A stretch of 38,153 nucleotides of DNA from a virus (IMGVR_UViG_3300023266_000004:1-38153), one strand, 5' to 3'. Shown: positions 23,933-33,862, numbered from the stretch's first letter. Numbers and translations are program-made. Notes: a model not told the origin generated them from the sequence alone.

Positions 23933-25993
23933 CTATGTCATCGGCATGGCGGCGCTGCCGCCGGGCAGGAGGGAGAACCGGAACGTGACGGTGCCGGTGT
24001 AGGGCATGTCCACGAGGTCGCTCTGGTACCACACGCCGAGCTCGGTGCCGGCGGGCAGAGCCACGGGAAGCGCCAGCGTGGTGGCGCTCGCCGGGAAAGG
24101 GCCGAACTGCTGGTCGTCGAGGTTCACGACGCCGTACAGGTTGGCTACGGCGATGCGGGCGGCGGGGTCTTCCTCGTCGTAGCCGCCTTCGCCCCACATC
24201 TCCTCGAACGGGTCACCGACGGGCGGGTTGGCCCACACGGTGACGGTCGCCTTCTCGCCCGGGTCGAACACGGCATACAGGTCGATGCCGGTCAGCACCG
24301 AGTCATCCGGCAGGTCGTAGGAACCGGTGGCCTGACCGAGCTGGTCGGTCACCGAGGCGGTGACGTTGAGTCCCGTCGGCCCGAACGACAACGTGTTGCG
24401 GTCGTCAAAGCGGTCGTGGGGGTCCGGTCCGAGCGTCCAGATCCTGCCCATCATCTCGGCGGCGCCGAGCTGCCAGCGCACCTCCCAGCCCTGCCGGCTG
24501 ATGGCGTGGTGGGCACCGGTCACCCGGGCGCTCACCGCATAGACCGTGGTCGTGCCCGGCGGCGTCCACTCGATGAGCATCCGGCCGGAGGCGAAGTAGA
24601 CCGATTCCCGCAGCACCCACCACCACGAGTAGGGGACGGCCTTCGGGCGCAGGGTGAGGTCGCTGAGCGCCGGGCGAGGGAAGGCGAACATGGCGAGCAC
24701 GTAGTTCACCCAGACGTTGACCTCGTCGTTGTCGACCAGGCCAAGATCGGTGTTGCGGTAGCCGATCTCGCCGTAGCGGTCGATCGACGAGCCGGAGCGG
24801 GCGGTGATCTCGCCGCCGCTGGAGGAGCGGGCGCCGATGACGACGTTGCGCAGCTGGCGGCCGAGGCTGTCAGCGGTGGCGTCGATGACCATGGCGCAGG
24901 GCACCTCGACGACCGGGGCGTCGGGGTCGCTCCACGCCGAGCGGGGCAGGAACCGCAGGCCCATGATCCCCTGCTCGGTGAACACGTCGAGCGGGTCGAC
25001 GGCGTTGAAGGGCGCCAGGTAGGCGAAGCCGATCTCGGCGTCAACCGCCTTACCGATCAGCTCCCAGGCGGTGCCGGCGAGCTCGGTCTCCTGCAGGTGG
25101 ACCTCGGAGACGATCTTGGGATCGAGCGGGTCGTAGCCGATGAGGCGGGGCCCGTCGAACACCTCGAGGATGCGGGCCAGGCGCTCGTGCACGGGCTCGC
25201 CGGCCCCGACGGTGTCGAACACCGACCGGCGCCGATGGGCGAGCTCGGTGATGCCGTCCACGCACGTCAGGGTGGCCCGCCGGTTCTGGACGTGTGGAGT
25301 CTGGGGCTCCCGCCAGGACTCGACCCGACCGGAGAACAGGACATGGCGGCCGACCGTGGCCGGCGGCTGCAGGGTCTCGGCCCAGATGAGCACGGGCGTG
25401 CCGGCGAGCAGCCGGGACCGGGTGGAGCGCATGAACGGCGAGTCGGGGTTCAGCGGGTCATAGCGCCGCTGCGGGTCGGCGAGGACGATGACGGCGGTGC
25501 TCGCCTCGGCCCGGGCGAAGACGCCGTCGCTGGCCGTGGCGCCGCTGGCAATGTCGAGGTCGAGGACCTCGCACGACACATCGGTCCACACCCGGGTCGT
25601 GGTCACGCCCGAGGGGTCGGGCCCGATGTTGATCGCCCGGTCCAGGCAGTTGCCGGCGTCGAAGCGGTCGAACGGGTGCGGACCGAGCGTCCAGACCGCA
25701 CCCTGCTCGAGGGCCAACTGCACGAACAGCTTCACGGAGTCGCCCCAGTACGGCGACCGGGCGCCGCCCGGCGTGCCCCACAGCTCGGGATCCGGCGGTG
25801 CGGTGAGGGTGCCACCGTGAACGAGGATGCGCCCGGCCTCGAGAGACGGGACCACGCCCGGTGCGGTGAGCTCGCCACCGTGGACGACGATGTGGCCGGC
25901 CTCGAGAGTCGGCACGTCCGGCGGTCCGATGGTGATGGGATCGCCATCAGGATCGAGGAGCGGATCACCCGCCGGGTCGAGGACGACCGACAT
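23933..25993 (-). CDS. Large minor tail (tail tip/baseplate hub) protein
   Basis: 686 aa downstream of the tape measure gene; WTDVS, SIDRYG and repeated WTLGP-x-P-x-DRFD motifs. Confidence 0.7.
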   Translation of the reverse strand: MSVVLDPAGDPLLDPDGDPITIGPPDVPTLEAGHIVVHGGELTAPGVVPSLEAGRILVHGGTLTAPPDPELWGTPGGARSPYWGDSVKLFVQLALEQGAVWTLGPHPFDRFDAGNCLDRAINIGPDPSGVTTTRVWTDVSCEVLDLDIASGATASDGVFARAEASTAVIVLADPQRRYDPLNPDSPFMRSTRSRLLAGTPVLIWAETLQPPATVGRHVLFSGRVESWREPQTPHVQNRRATLTCVDGITELAHRRRSVFDTVGAGEPVHERLARILEVFDGPRLIGYDPLDPKIVSEVHLQETELAGTAWELIGKAVDAEIGFAYLAPFNAVDPLDVFTEQGIMGLRFLPRSAWSDPDAPVVEVPCAMVIDATADSLGRQLRNVVIGARSSSGGEITARSGSSIDRYGEIGYRNTDLGLVDNDEVNVWVNYVLAMFAFPRPALSDLTLRPKAVPYSWWWVLRESVYFASGRMLIEWTPPGTTTVYAVSARVTGAHHAISRQGWEVRWQLGAAEMMGRIWTLGPDPHDRFDDRNTLSFGPTGLNVTASVTDQLGQATGSYDLPDDSVLTGIDLYAVFDPGEKATVTVWANPPVGDPFEEMWGEGGYDEEDPAARIAVANLYGVVNLDDQQFGPFPASATTLALPVALPAGTELGVWYQSDLVDMPYTGTVTFRFSLLPGGSAAMPMT

Positions 25994-26820
25994 CAGCCCA
26001 GGCCCGACCCCACCGGTACCCAGAGCGTCGTCCCGCCACCGTCGACCTCGACGGTGAGGGACTCGAACGAGGTCGTACCGTATGCCTCGATGCCGTGCAC
26101 CGTGTTGGAGAGAAAGTGCGAGTCAGTGCCGGACCCGAGCGCCGTGCCGTCGAAGGTGACTTCCCAAGCGGTGCCGGCCAGGGCGACGGTGAGCACCTTG
26201 CCATCGCCGGTGCTGATGCCCCACGAGCCGACCGCTCCCACATAGGCGTCGGCCTCGTAGCGCTGGAAGTAGATGGCACCGCCGGAGACCTTGACGACGA
26301 ACCGGTCGCCGGCCGCCTCGTTGACCCGCAGCGCCAGCCCGTCTTCGGCGTAGGAGGCGAGCATGGGCAGGGAGACGATGACATCGGCTGAGCCCCAGTC
26401 GGCGAGGAGGCGCCGGCCACCGGCGCCACCGGTCTGCGTGGCCGTATTGGACTCGATGGTCCACGTGCCGGCGCCGGTGTAGGTAGCGCCGTTGGGGGCG
26501 GTGGCGCCGATGAGTGTGGTGCCGTTGGTGCCGACGAAGTTGTCGACGTAGGTACCGCCGGCAGCGTCCCACTTCCACAGGTCGAGCGTTGGCGAGTCAC
26601 GGTCGAAGGCGAGAGCACGCACGTCCGCCGGCGGTGACGGGACGGTCGGGTCGTCGTTGGGATCGCCGCTCGAGGCGAGCAGGGCGCCGCTGCCGCCACC
26701 GCCGGCGAGATCGGCGACGTCGACCAGCTTGAGGGCGGGCGTGCCGGCCGGGTCCTCGACGTAGGGGATGCGATCACCGGCAGCCGGCGTGCCGTCGGGA
26801 TAGGTCTCGATGCCGGCCAT
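25993..26820 (-). CDS. Minor tail protein with a beta-sandwich (lectin-like) domain
   Basis: TGATG-coupled start MAGIETYP; Gly/Thr-rich beta pattern. Confidence 0.6.
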   Translation of the reverse strand: MAGIETYPDGTPAAGDRIPYVEDPAGTPALKLVDVADLAGGGGSGALLASSGDPNDDPTVPSPPADVRALAFDRDSPTLDLWKWDAAGGTYVDNFVGTNGTTLIGATAPNGATYTGAGTWTIESNTATQTGGAGGRRLLADWGSADVIVSLPMLASYAEDGLALRVNEAAGDRFVVKVSGGAIYFQRYEADAYVGAVGSWGISTGDGKVLTVALAGTAWEVTFDGTALGSGTDSHFLSNTVHGIEAYGTTSFESLTVEVDGGGTTLWVPVGSGLG

Positions 26821-27236
26821 CAGGCGGACTCCGTCCAGGCGACGATCCCGCCGGCCAGCGGGAAGACCAGCGGATCGGCGGCGTCCGTGGCGACCGCCGG
26901 ACTGATTTCCCACCAGCCGACGGGGACCGAGTCCGTGTCGTCGGTGACCACCCGGATGAGGGCGATGGCGGTCACGTCCTCGCCCGGGTCGAGAGTGCCG
27001 AAGTCGGGGTCGGCGGCCGTGTAGGTGATCTGGTCGTCGGTGTCGTCGACACTGCGCACCTTCGTCGCCGCCGCCTGGCGGGCGTAGCCGGTGACGGTGA
27101 CCTCGTCGGCGCCGGTGAGGACGGCGGCGACGGTGTCGAGGTCGGGGTCGAACGTGCCGGAGGTGAGGAGCACCCACTCGAAGGTCTCGGTGGTCCAGTC
27201 GGCGAACTGATCGAGCCCGGCGTTGAACAGCTGCAT
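26820..27236 (-). CDS. Minor virion structural protein
   Basis: GAAAGGA RBS; acidic beta protein with EV...GYARQ motif; directly after the tape measure gene. Confidence 0.65.
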   Translation of the reverse strand: MQLFNAGLDQFADWTTETFEWVLLTSGTFDPDLDTVAAVLTGADEVTVTGYARQAAATKVRSVDDTDDQITYTAADPDFGTLDPGEDVTAIALIRVVTDDTDSVPVGWWEISPAVATDAADPLVFPLAGGIVAWTESA

Positions 27237-27248
27237 GCGGTCGTCCTT

Positions 27249-29573
27249 TCAGCCGCCGCCGGAGGCGGTCGCAACGGAGGCGAGCGGACCGTTGCGCCGC
27301 TCGTAGGCCCGGATGGCGGCCACGACGTCCCGGCTGATCTGAGGGCTGTCAGCGCCGAGGCCGGTCGTGGTCACGTTCACGATGTAGGTGTTGCCGCCCA
27401 GGCGCCCGAGCGGGATGACGGCCTCAGGGCCGGCCTCGCCGAGGAGCGCCAGCGTCGGACCGGTGATGATGCCGCCGGACGCCATTTCCAGCAACCCCTC
27501 GGGCACCGGCATCTTCGGGAAGTCGAAGCGCTTATCCCCGATCACCGGCACCCACCACGGAATGGTGATGCTCAGCGCACCAATAGAACTGTTCCAGAGG
27601 TCGGCGACCCAGCGCAGCATGGCTTTGAGGCCGTTGCCGATGCCATCCCATATCCCTGTGGCGACTTCACTGATCTTGCCGGGCAGACCCTTGACGAACT
27701 CGACGATCTCGTCGAACTTGCCGACCACCCAGTCCTTGGCGCCGGTGATGGCGTCCGTGATCGAGTTGAACATGTTGACGGCGAACTCGGCGATGCGACC
27801 ACCGATGCCGCCGAGGAAGCCGATCATCTCGTTGACCTTCTCCCATACCCAGAAGAACGCGGTGGCGATGGCGTCCTTTATGTTCTGGGCGAAGTCCCAG
27901 AACACTTGTATGACCTTCCATGACGTGACCATGATGGCGCCGAGGACGGCGATCACGAGCCCGATGGCGGCGACCACGGCGATGAAAGCGACGACCAGGG
28001 CGAAAATGGGGATGAGCAGCACGACGGCGACGACGGTGCCGATGACCCGCAAGATCCGCCCGAGTGCCTCGAAGACCTCGCCGTTCTCCCTGATGTAGTT
28101 GACCAGTGGCGTGAACACGTTCTCGAAGAGCCACGTCAATACCGGCGTCAGTATGGTCGCAATAACCGTGGCCCACGCCGTGAAGAACCCGCTAACGCCC
28201 TTTATGTGCTCCATGAACAGGCCGCCGAGATAGTCGCCGAGCGGCTTGAGATGGTCGTTGTAGAACGCACCGAGCTTGGTGCCCAGGCTTTCGCCCTCGG
28301 TGCCGGCGTCCGCCATGCCGCCCTTGAAATCGGTCGTAGTGAACCAGTCGGCAACCTCTTTCAGCTTAGGAAGGATCGTGTCCACGACAACGTCTTTGAT
28401 GGTCGTGAGACCGGAGCTGAGCAGCTCGAGGGCTTTGGGGGTGATCTCGGCGCCTACCCACGTCTTGAAGGTGTCGAGCACGGGCATCACGGATTTCTCG
28501 ACGAACGTCTTCACGGTCTCGAACACGGGCATGAGCTTGCCCTTGAGCCAGCCGAGCAGACCCTCTTCTCCGGGCTCGGCCTTGAAGAAGTCGACGACGA
28601 TCTGGAGCACGGTGCCGAGCGGCGACTTGCCGATCACGGTGCTCAAGAACTCGAAGGCGCCAGAGAGGTGGGTGCCGACCCAGGTCACCATCTTCTCGAT
28701 GGCCGGGACGCCGCTGTCGACGATCCACGAGGCGAGGCCGGTGAACTTGGGCAGCAGGATGTCGATGGCGCCGGGGATGCGATCGGCCAGCCACGTCGCC
28801 GCCCGTTCAGCGACCGGGATCAGGCCCTCACCGAGCGACTCCTGGGCGTTGCCGACCACGATCTTGAGCCGGTCGAACGGCGTGGCGGCCGCTGCGGCGG
28901 CGCCGCCGAACTCCTTGGACAGCTCGGCCAGGATGATCTTCTGGGCGCCCAGCACGTCGCCCGATTCCTGCAGCGTCTTGATCTGCTTCTTCTGGTCCTC
29001 GGTGAACGACACACCCGCCTTGCTCAGGGCGGTGATGCCCCGCATCGGATCATTGAGCGCCTTGCCCAGCTGGATGGCGGCGCCCGAGGCGTCGGTGCCG
29101 AGCACCTGGGCCATGTCCGAGGCGAGCCCGGTCGCCTGGGTGAACACGTCGTTACCGGCGCCGACGACGTCCTTCACGTTGGTGAAGGTCAACAGCAGAT
29201 TGGCGACACCCTGGACGACCTCGTCGTCCACGCCCTGCACGTTGGAGAACGAGTCGGCCATGGCGTCGATCTGACCGGCGCTCGTCCACGCCGTGGCGCC
29301 CGTGGTCTTGATCACACGCTCGGTCTCACGGCCGATCTTGGCCGACTCCTCGGCGGCCTCCCAGGAGCTCTTGGCGAGGAGGGCGAAACCGGCGATGCCG
29401 GCCGCCCCGACGGCGGCCACCGCCTTGCCGATGCCGGCCATCGACGAACCGAGCCGGCTCGACGACTTGTCGGCCCGGTCGGACAGCCGCTCGATGTCCG
29501 CACCGGTAGCGTCGAGATCCTGGCGGGCCCGGCGGGCGTCGGTGATGATCGAGATGCTCAGAGTCGCAGCCAC
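27249..29573 (-). CDS. Tape measure protein
   Basis: 774 aa Ala/Gly-rich helical protein; AIQLGKALNDP..G..AL, periodic Trp/Phe, C-terminal MASGGI...GEAGPEAVIPL. Confidence 0.93.
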   Translation of the reverse strand: MAATLSISIITDARRARQDLDATGADIERLSDRADKSSSRLGSSMAGIGKAVAAVGAAGIAGFALLAKSSWEAAEESAKIGRETERVIKTTGATAWTSAGQIDAMADSFSNVQGVDDEVVQGVANLLLTFTNVKDVVGAGNDVFTQATGLASDMAQVLGTDASGAAIQLGKALNDPMRGITALSKAGVSFTEDQKKQIKTLQESGDVLGAQKIILAELSKEFGGAAAAAATPFDRLKIVVGNAQESLGEGLIPVAERAATWLADRIPGAIDILLPKFTGLASWIVDSGVPAIEKMVTWVGTHLSGAFEFLSTVIGKSPLGTVLQIVVDFFKAEPGEEGLLGWLKGKLMPVFETVKTFVEKSVMPVLDTFKTWVGAEITPKALELLSSGLTTIKDVVVDTILPKLKEVADWFTTTDFKGGMADAGTEGESLGTKLGAFYNDHLKPLGDYLGGLFMEHIKGVSGFFTAWATVIATILTPVLTWLFENVFTPLVNYIRENGEVFEALGRILRVIGTVVAVVLLIPIFALVVAFIAVVAAIGLVIAVLGAIMVTSWKVIQVFWDFAQNIKDAIATAFFWVWEKVNEMIGFLGGIGGRIAEFAVNMFNSITDAITGAKDWVVGKFDEIVEFVKGLPGKISEVATGIWDGIGNGLKAMLRWVADLWNSSIGALSITIPWWVPVIGDKRFDFPKMPVPEGLLEMASGGIITGPTLALLGEAGPEAVIPLGRLGGNTYIVNVTTTGLGADSPQISRDVVAAIRAYERRNGPLASVATASGGG

Positions 29574-29580
29574 CGGCGCC

Positions 29581-29733
29581 TCACTTCCTCCGTCGGTGCA
29601 TCTCGGCTAGGACAGACTCGGCAGTGAGTAGGGCTCGGTCGTCGGCTTCGTCGAGGAAGGCGCGGTAGTCGCATCCGGTGACGCACGCGACGGCAACGGC
29701 TCGCCAACCGAGGGAGCCGGGTTGGTAGGGCCC
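29581..29733 (-). CDS. -1 frame extension of the tail chaperone (gpGT-like)
   Basis: G-GGC-CCT heptamer at 29727-29733. The -1 frame reads PYQPGSLGWRAVAVACVTG...EMHRRRK and stops just before the TMP start. Confidence 0.65.
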   Translation of the reverse strand, partial: GPYQPGSLGWRAVAVACVTGCDYRAFLDEADDRALLTAESVLAEMHRRRK

Positions 29734-29972
29734 TCGACGTCGGTCACCACCGTTCCCAGGTCCTCGACCTCGTCGAGGAGGTCGACCCATTCCTCGAACG
29801 GGGGCGGTTCGTGACCGCAGCGCACGAGGGCGGCGTGCAGCAAGGCGAAGGTGGCCATCGCCGGGCCGCCGTCGGCGGGGTCGACGTTGACCATGTCCCG
29901 TGCCGAGGTGCGGATCTCCAACGGCTCGTGGCCCTCCCAGGAGACCCGGAACCGCTTCCTCAGTACCGACAT
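29607..29972 (-). CDS. Tail assembly chaperone (gpG-like)
   Basis: Located just upstream of the tape measure gene; acidic; EGPT at the candidate shift site. Confidence 0.75.
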   Translation of the reverse strand: MSVLRKRFRVSWEGHEPLEIRTSARDMVNVDPADGGPAMATFALLHAALVRCGHEPPPFEEWVDLLDEVEDLGTVVTDVEGPTNPAPSVGEPLPSRASPDATTAPSSTKPTTEPYSLPSLS

Positions 29973-30362
29973 TCAGACCGTCCTTTCGACCTTGTCCATG
30001 AGCTGTTCGACCGCCGTCGTGTACGCCTGCACCCAGCGATCCTCGGTGGCGACGGCGGCATCGATCACCCACGGGTGCGCCTTGATGTGCTTTGACGGCG
30101 AGCCCCAGTGGATGGGCGGGGCGTAGGGCACCTTGGCGTTGCCGTAGAGGATGCTGGCCTTCGAGGCTGCCCGATTGACCCGGCCCGTGGCGGCAAGAGC
30201 CCCGGAGCGACGGGGCACGCGCTGGTCGGCCTCGGCCAACACGATCCGGGCCGCCTCCTGGTGGGCGTCCTTGAGCTCGTCGAGGCCATCGCCGGCGGCC
30301 TTGAGGGCACGGCGCATCTGGCGGGCGCCCTCGACCCGGATCTCGCCCTCGCCCTCGCTCAC
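29973..30362 (-). CDS. HK97 gp10-like tail completion/neck protein
   Basis: IRVEGARQMRRAL, VPRRSGALA, VPYAPPIHWG and HPW motifs. Confidence 0.8.
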   Translation of the reverse strand: MSEGEGEIRVEGARQMRRALKAAGDGLDELKDAHQEAARIVLAEADQRVPRRSGALAATGRVNRAASKASILYGNAKVPYAPPIHWGSPSKHIKAHPWVIDAAVATEDRWVQAYTTAVEQLMDKVERTV

Positions 30363-30781
30363 GGCGTGACCGGGGTGAGCGTCGGCGTGCCCGAGCCCGT
30401 GACCTTCCATTCCCAGTCGGTGGTGAGGCGGGTGTTCACATCGCCGCCGATCTCGACGGCCTTGATCTGCACCGTGCCCGACCAGGTGCCCGAAAGGGCA
30501 TTGGGCTGCCAGGAGAAGTCGACCTCGACGAGGTCGTTCTCGAAGCAGTACAGGACGAAGCCGTCGGGGTCGTCGAAGTCCTGGATGGACGTACCGGCCA
30601 GCACCCATGACGTCGTCGTCTCGGCGGTGATCTTGTCGCCGCACAGCGTCTCGACCTCGTCGCCGACCTCGTCGGCCGACGGCGTGAGTTTGACGTTCGT
30701 GGCCTGGCAGGAGAACTCGACGCCCGGGGCGGTGCCCAACGTGAGGGTGCCTTCCTTGAGCTTGGACTGGACTATGGCCAT
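30359..30781 (-). CDS. Major tail protein
   Basis: GTLTLG, FSCQ, TLCG, QD and IGGDV...DWEW pattern seen in actinophage tail tubes; AAGGAG RBS. Confidence 0.8.
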   Translation of the reverse strand: MAIVQSKLKEGTLTLGTAPGVEFSCQATNVKLTPSADEVGDEVETLCGDKITAETTTSWVLAGTSIQDFDDPDGFVLYCFENDLVEVDFSWQPNALSGTWSGTVQIKAVEIGGDVNTRLTTDWEWKVTGSGTPTLTPVTP

Positions 30782-30791
30782 GGAATGCTCC

Positions 30792-31130
30792 TTATGCGGG
30801 CTCGGTGAAGGTGCACAAATAGGCGGGGTAGGACATGCCGCCGAGCGTGTAGGCCACGAGCTCAGCGCGCTCGACGTCGACGACCTCGACGATGGCGTCG
30901 ACCAGGTTGTCGAGCAGCGCCCACGTCGTGCGGTCGGCGCCCTGGGCGCCGGGGGCGAGGGCGACGAGCGTCCAGGTGGCGGTGAACCCGCACGCCAGGT
31001 CGAAGGTGCGAGTCGGCGGAACGACGAGCACCGCCGGCGGGGTGACGGCACTCGGATCCGCCGAGGCCCGCACGCCCAAGTCGACGAGGGCGGTAACGAT
31101 CTCCTCGGCCCGGACGAAGGTGTCGGTCAC
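30792..31130 (-). CDS. Tail terminator-like protein
   Basis: DPSAVTPPAVLV...YPAY pattern; located between the connector and tail tube genes. Confidence 0.65.
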   Translation of the reverse strand: MTDTFVRAEEIVTALVDLGVRASADPSAVTPPAVLVVPPTRTFDLACGFTATWTLVALAPGAQGADRTTWALLDNLVDAIVEVVDVERAELVAYTLGGMSYPAYLCTFTEPA

Positions 31131-31441
31131 GCCAGCTTCGCCCCGGTGTACGGGTCGAGCAGGCGGGCGACGTCGGGGTCGTAGCGGCCGATGTCGGCCA
31201 CCACGCCGTCGATGCTGCCTGAAATTCCCTCGGGCGAGTTGCGGCGGGCCAGCAACCGGTTCACCAGCAGCAGGCAGCCGTAGACGACGTCGGGCGGGGA
31301 CTCCTCGTCGGGATCGAGGAGCGTGCACTCCCGGGCGACGTAGGTGTTGACGGCGTCCACGGCGGCGGCGATGGCGGCGTCGTCGACCGTGTCGGCGATG
31401 CGGGCCCAGCGCTTGTAGGCGGCGACGTCGGGATAATCCAT
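31127..31441 (-). CDS. Head-tail connector (gp6/gp15-like)
   Basis: LLLVNRLLARRNSPEGI...DPDVARLLDPY. Confidence 0.8.
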   Translation of the reverse strand: MDYPDVAAYKRWARIADTVDDAAIAAAVDAVNTYVARECTLLDPDEESPPDVVYGCLLLVNRLLARRNSPEGISGSIDGVVADIGRYDPDVARLLDPYTGAKLA

Positions 31442-31445
31442 GGCG

Positions 31446-31622
31446 CTACTTCGTGCGTGCCTTGGCCGGCGTGACGTCGGCGGCCGTGTCGTCGAGCTCG
31501 ACGTCGGTGATCGCCTTGTTGGCGACCTGGTCCGGCGTGACCTGCTTGAGGGCGCCCCGGGCAGCGGCACGCTGGGCGAACGTCGAGTTGTCGGGGGCGG
31601 AATCGAGGGGGGCTCGAGCCAT
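31446..31622 (-). CDS. Small hypothetical protein after the capsid gene
   Basis: GGAGGT RBS before ATG 31622; fills the gap between capsid and connector genes. Confidence 0.6.
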   Translation of the reverse strand: MARAPLDSAPDNSTFAQRAAARGALKQVTPDQVANKAITDVELDDTAADVTPAKARTK

Positions 31623-31650
31623 GAGAAGTACCTCCACTGGGAGAGCCGCA

Positions 31651-31680
31651 GCGGGCCGGGCGAAGGGAGGCCCGGCCCGC
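31651..31680 (-). terminator. Hairpin after the major capsid gene
   Basis: Perfect 11-bp stem GCGGGCCGGGC/GCCCGGCCCGC with an 8-nt loop; weak U-tract. Confidence 0.6.
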
Positions 31681-31691
31681 CACGACAGCCG

Positions 31692-33029
31692 CTACACGGC
31701 GGTGATGGTGCAGAACGCATCGGGGTCGAGCACCCCGAGCGCCAGCCTTTCCTCGGCGAGGATCGCCAGCAGGTTGCGGGCGAACCAGTCCTTGTGCGAG
31801 TCGGTGACGTAGATCGCCGACTGCTCCCGGTCGGCGACGACCGCCTGGGTGAAATCGCCAACCAAGGCCGTGTTCTCGGTCATAGCCTCGGTCACCACGA
31901 CCCGCAGACCCCACAGCGTGTTGAGCTGTTCGATACTCGCCCGGGGGTCGCCGAGCATGTAGCGCCCGGTCGTGTCCTTGGCCAGCAGGAACCCGGTCGA
32001 GTACCAGTCGCTGGGATGGGCGACGAGCCCGTTGGGCCGGCGCCGGTCGGCCCGGACGGTGCGAATGGCGTCGACCACGGCGTCGATGTCGGTGCCGGCC
32101 GAGCCGACCGTGGAGATGCCGACGGTCTGCAGGATGCCCCGCAGGTTCGGCGACGTCCCGTTGCCGTTGAGGATCTGGTCCTCTTCCTCCTCCCGCAGTC
32201 CCTGCAGCAGAAAGGCGTCGACCAGCTGGCGCACCTGGGGTGCGTCCGCTGCCGCCCGCCGGCTGATCGGGATGAGGTGGGCGATGGTCTGGACCGGCGT
32301 CGACACGACGGCGAACGTCAGCGACGACTCGGGCTTGACGCCGTGGTCGGCGGTGTAGGTGAGCACGCCGGTGGTGATGTTGGCCGCCGGATCGCCCGAC
32401 GTCGTCGCCTCGAGCACGGTCGCCGCATTGTTGGTCTTGGCCGTGATGGTGACGTACTCGAAGGTGTCCGAGCTGATGGTGATGTTCGTGCACAGATCGC
32501 GCACGGACAGCTCCCGGTCGCCGATGAGGTCGACGGTCTGCATGTACCGATAGGGCTGCACGAAGGCGCCGCCGGAGGTGTCCGACGTCCCGGTGATGAG
32601 GTCCTTCGTGCTGGCGAAGCCGGGCACGTCGTAACTCGCCGACTTGAGGTTGCTCACCTCCCGGATGCGCCCGTCGGCGCCGACGTACTGCTTGACGAAA
32701 TCCTCATAGGCCGGGCTGGCGCAGAACGCCTCGCCGAGGGTCATGCCCTTGGGGTTGACGATCCCGTCACGCATCTCGATCTCGCCGACCGGCGCCGGGG
32801 CGGGGGCGCCGGCGAGGTCGGCGAGGAACGCCTTGGCCATGTCGATCGTGCCGCCGGCGGTGGCGTCGGCCTTGATCGCCGCCACCAGTGTGTTCACCTC
32901 GGCGCTCATCTTGTTGAGCCGGTCGACGTCCTCGGCGGTGGCGTCACCGCCCTTGGCGTCGATCTCGTCGGCAGCGGTGCGCATGCCGTGGACCAGCTTC
33001 TCGAGCTGCTCCCGTTTGGTTGCACCCAT
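31692..33029 (-). CDS. Major capsid protein (HK97 fold, with N-terminal delta domain)
   Basis: KPES, TIAH.IP.S, EEDQILNGNG, TLWGLRVV, LVGDF and F.RNL.AILAEER.AL motifs; GGAGAGG RBS. Confidence 0.95.
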   Translation of the reverse strand: MGATKREQLEKLVHGMRTAADEIDAKGGDATAEDVDRLNKMSAEVNTLVAAIKADATAGGTIDMAKAFLADLAGAPAPAPVGEIEMRDGIVNPKGMTLGEAFCASPAYEDFVKQYVGADGRIREVSNLKSASYDVPGFASTKDLITGTSDTSGGAFVQPYRYMQTVDLIGDRELSVRDLCTNITISSDTFEYVTITAKTNNAATVLEATTSGDPAANITTGVLTYTADHGVKPESSLTFAVVSTPVQTIAHLIPISRRAAADAPQVRQLVDAFLLQGLREEEEDQILNGNGTSPNLRGILQTVGISTVGSAGTDIDAVVDAIRTVRADRRRPNGLVAHPSDWYSTGFLLAKDTTGRYMLGDPRASIEQLNTLWGLRVVVTEAMTENTALVGDFTQAVVADREQSAIYVTDSHKDWFARNLLAILAEERLALGVLDPDAFCTITAV

Positions 33030-33046
33030 AGCTCTGTCCTCTCCTG

Positions 33047-33862
33047 TCAGATCGTGATGGCGGCCTGCTCGGCGAGCAGGACGTCGGCCCTCGCCATGTC
33101 GGCGAGGATCCGGGCCCGGGCGGCGACCGGGGACGAGGCGGGCGCCGCAGCGGTGGCCTCGTCGTCGGTGGAGCCGGTGGGGCCGGTGACCGGCCGCACG
33201 TTCGTCAGGGCGACGTCGCCGCCCTCGATGCGGTAGTCGGCTTCGTAGCGGTCGGTGCTGTCGACCTCGTAGACGACGGTGTCGTCGAACGTGGCGACGA
33301 CGAGCGTCCACCAGGCGTCGGGGTGCGCCCGGCGCACGGCCTCGGCGACCTGGCCTACACGCTCCTCGTGCGAGCCCTCGATGGTCTTCAAGCCGGGGAG
33401 TCCGGGCCGGGTGCCGGCGGTCTTGGCCGCCAGCACCAGGGCCTGGGGGTTGGCCGGCACGGCGACGAAGGCACCGTTGAGGAGCTCGGCGGACACGATG
33501 TGGCGCACCCCGTCGACGACCTCGTACTTCGGGTTCATGTAGGCGACGCTGGTGGTGCGGATGTGGCCCTCGGCGACGAGGGCCCGCACCTGCTGGGCGA
33601 GCGGCGTCGAGGCGAACGTGCCCCGCACGATGAGCTGGTCGCCCTCGTAGGTGGGCACCCCGGAACCGACCGTCGTCGTCGTGGACATGCCGTGGTCGGC
33701 GTCGAAGCCGATGTGGTCGGGCAGCGGGTTGAAGGCGCCGGCGTCGACGACCTCGTGGTCACGGTCATAGGCCGGGGTCGACAGGATCACCTCGAAACGA
33801 CCGGTGGGACTGGCCTCGTCGTCGAAGGCTTTCACGAGCCCGGCGAGGAACGATCGGTTCAT
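33047..33862 (-). CDS. HK97-family prohead protease
   Basis: DRDHEVV..GAF, DH, TSVAY and LLNGAFVAVPANPQA motifs. Confidence 0.88.
   Translation of the reverse strand: MNRSFLAGLVKAFDDEASPTGRFEVILSTPAYDRDHEVVDAGAFNPLPDHIGFDADHGMSTTTTVGSGVPTYEGDQLIVRGTFASTPLAQQVRALVAEGHIRTTSVAYMNPKYEVVDGVRHIVSAELLNGAFVAVPANPQALVLAAKTAGTRPGLPGLKTIEGSHEERVGQVAEAVRRAHPDAWWTLVVATFDDTVVYEVDSTDRYEADYRIEGGDVALTNVRPVTGPTGSTDDEATAAAPASSPVAARARILADMARADVLLAEQAAITI

Noticed and set aside
23867-33236. Long plus-strand ORFs (e.g. 23867-26245, 28206-29627, 31440-33236) and similar ones elsewhere
   Set aside because: They are antisense shadows of well-supported minus-strand genes in high-GC DNA, with no recognisable motifs.
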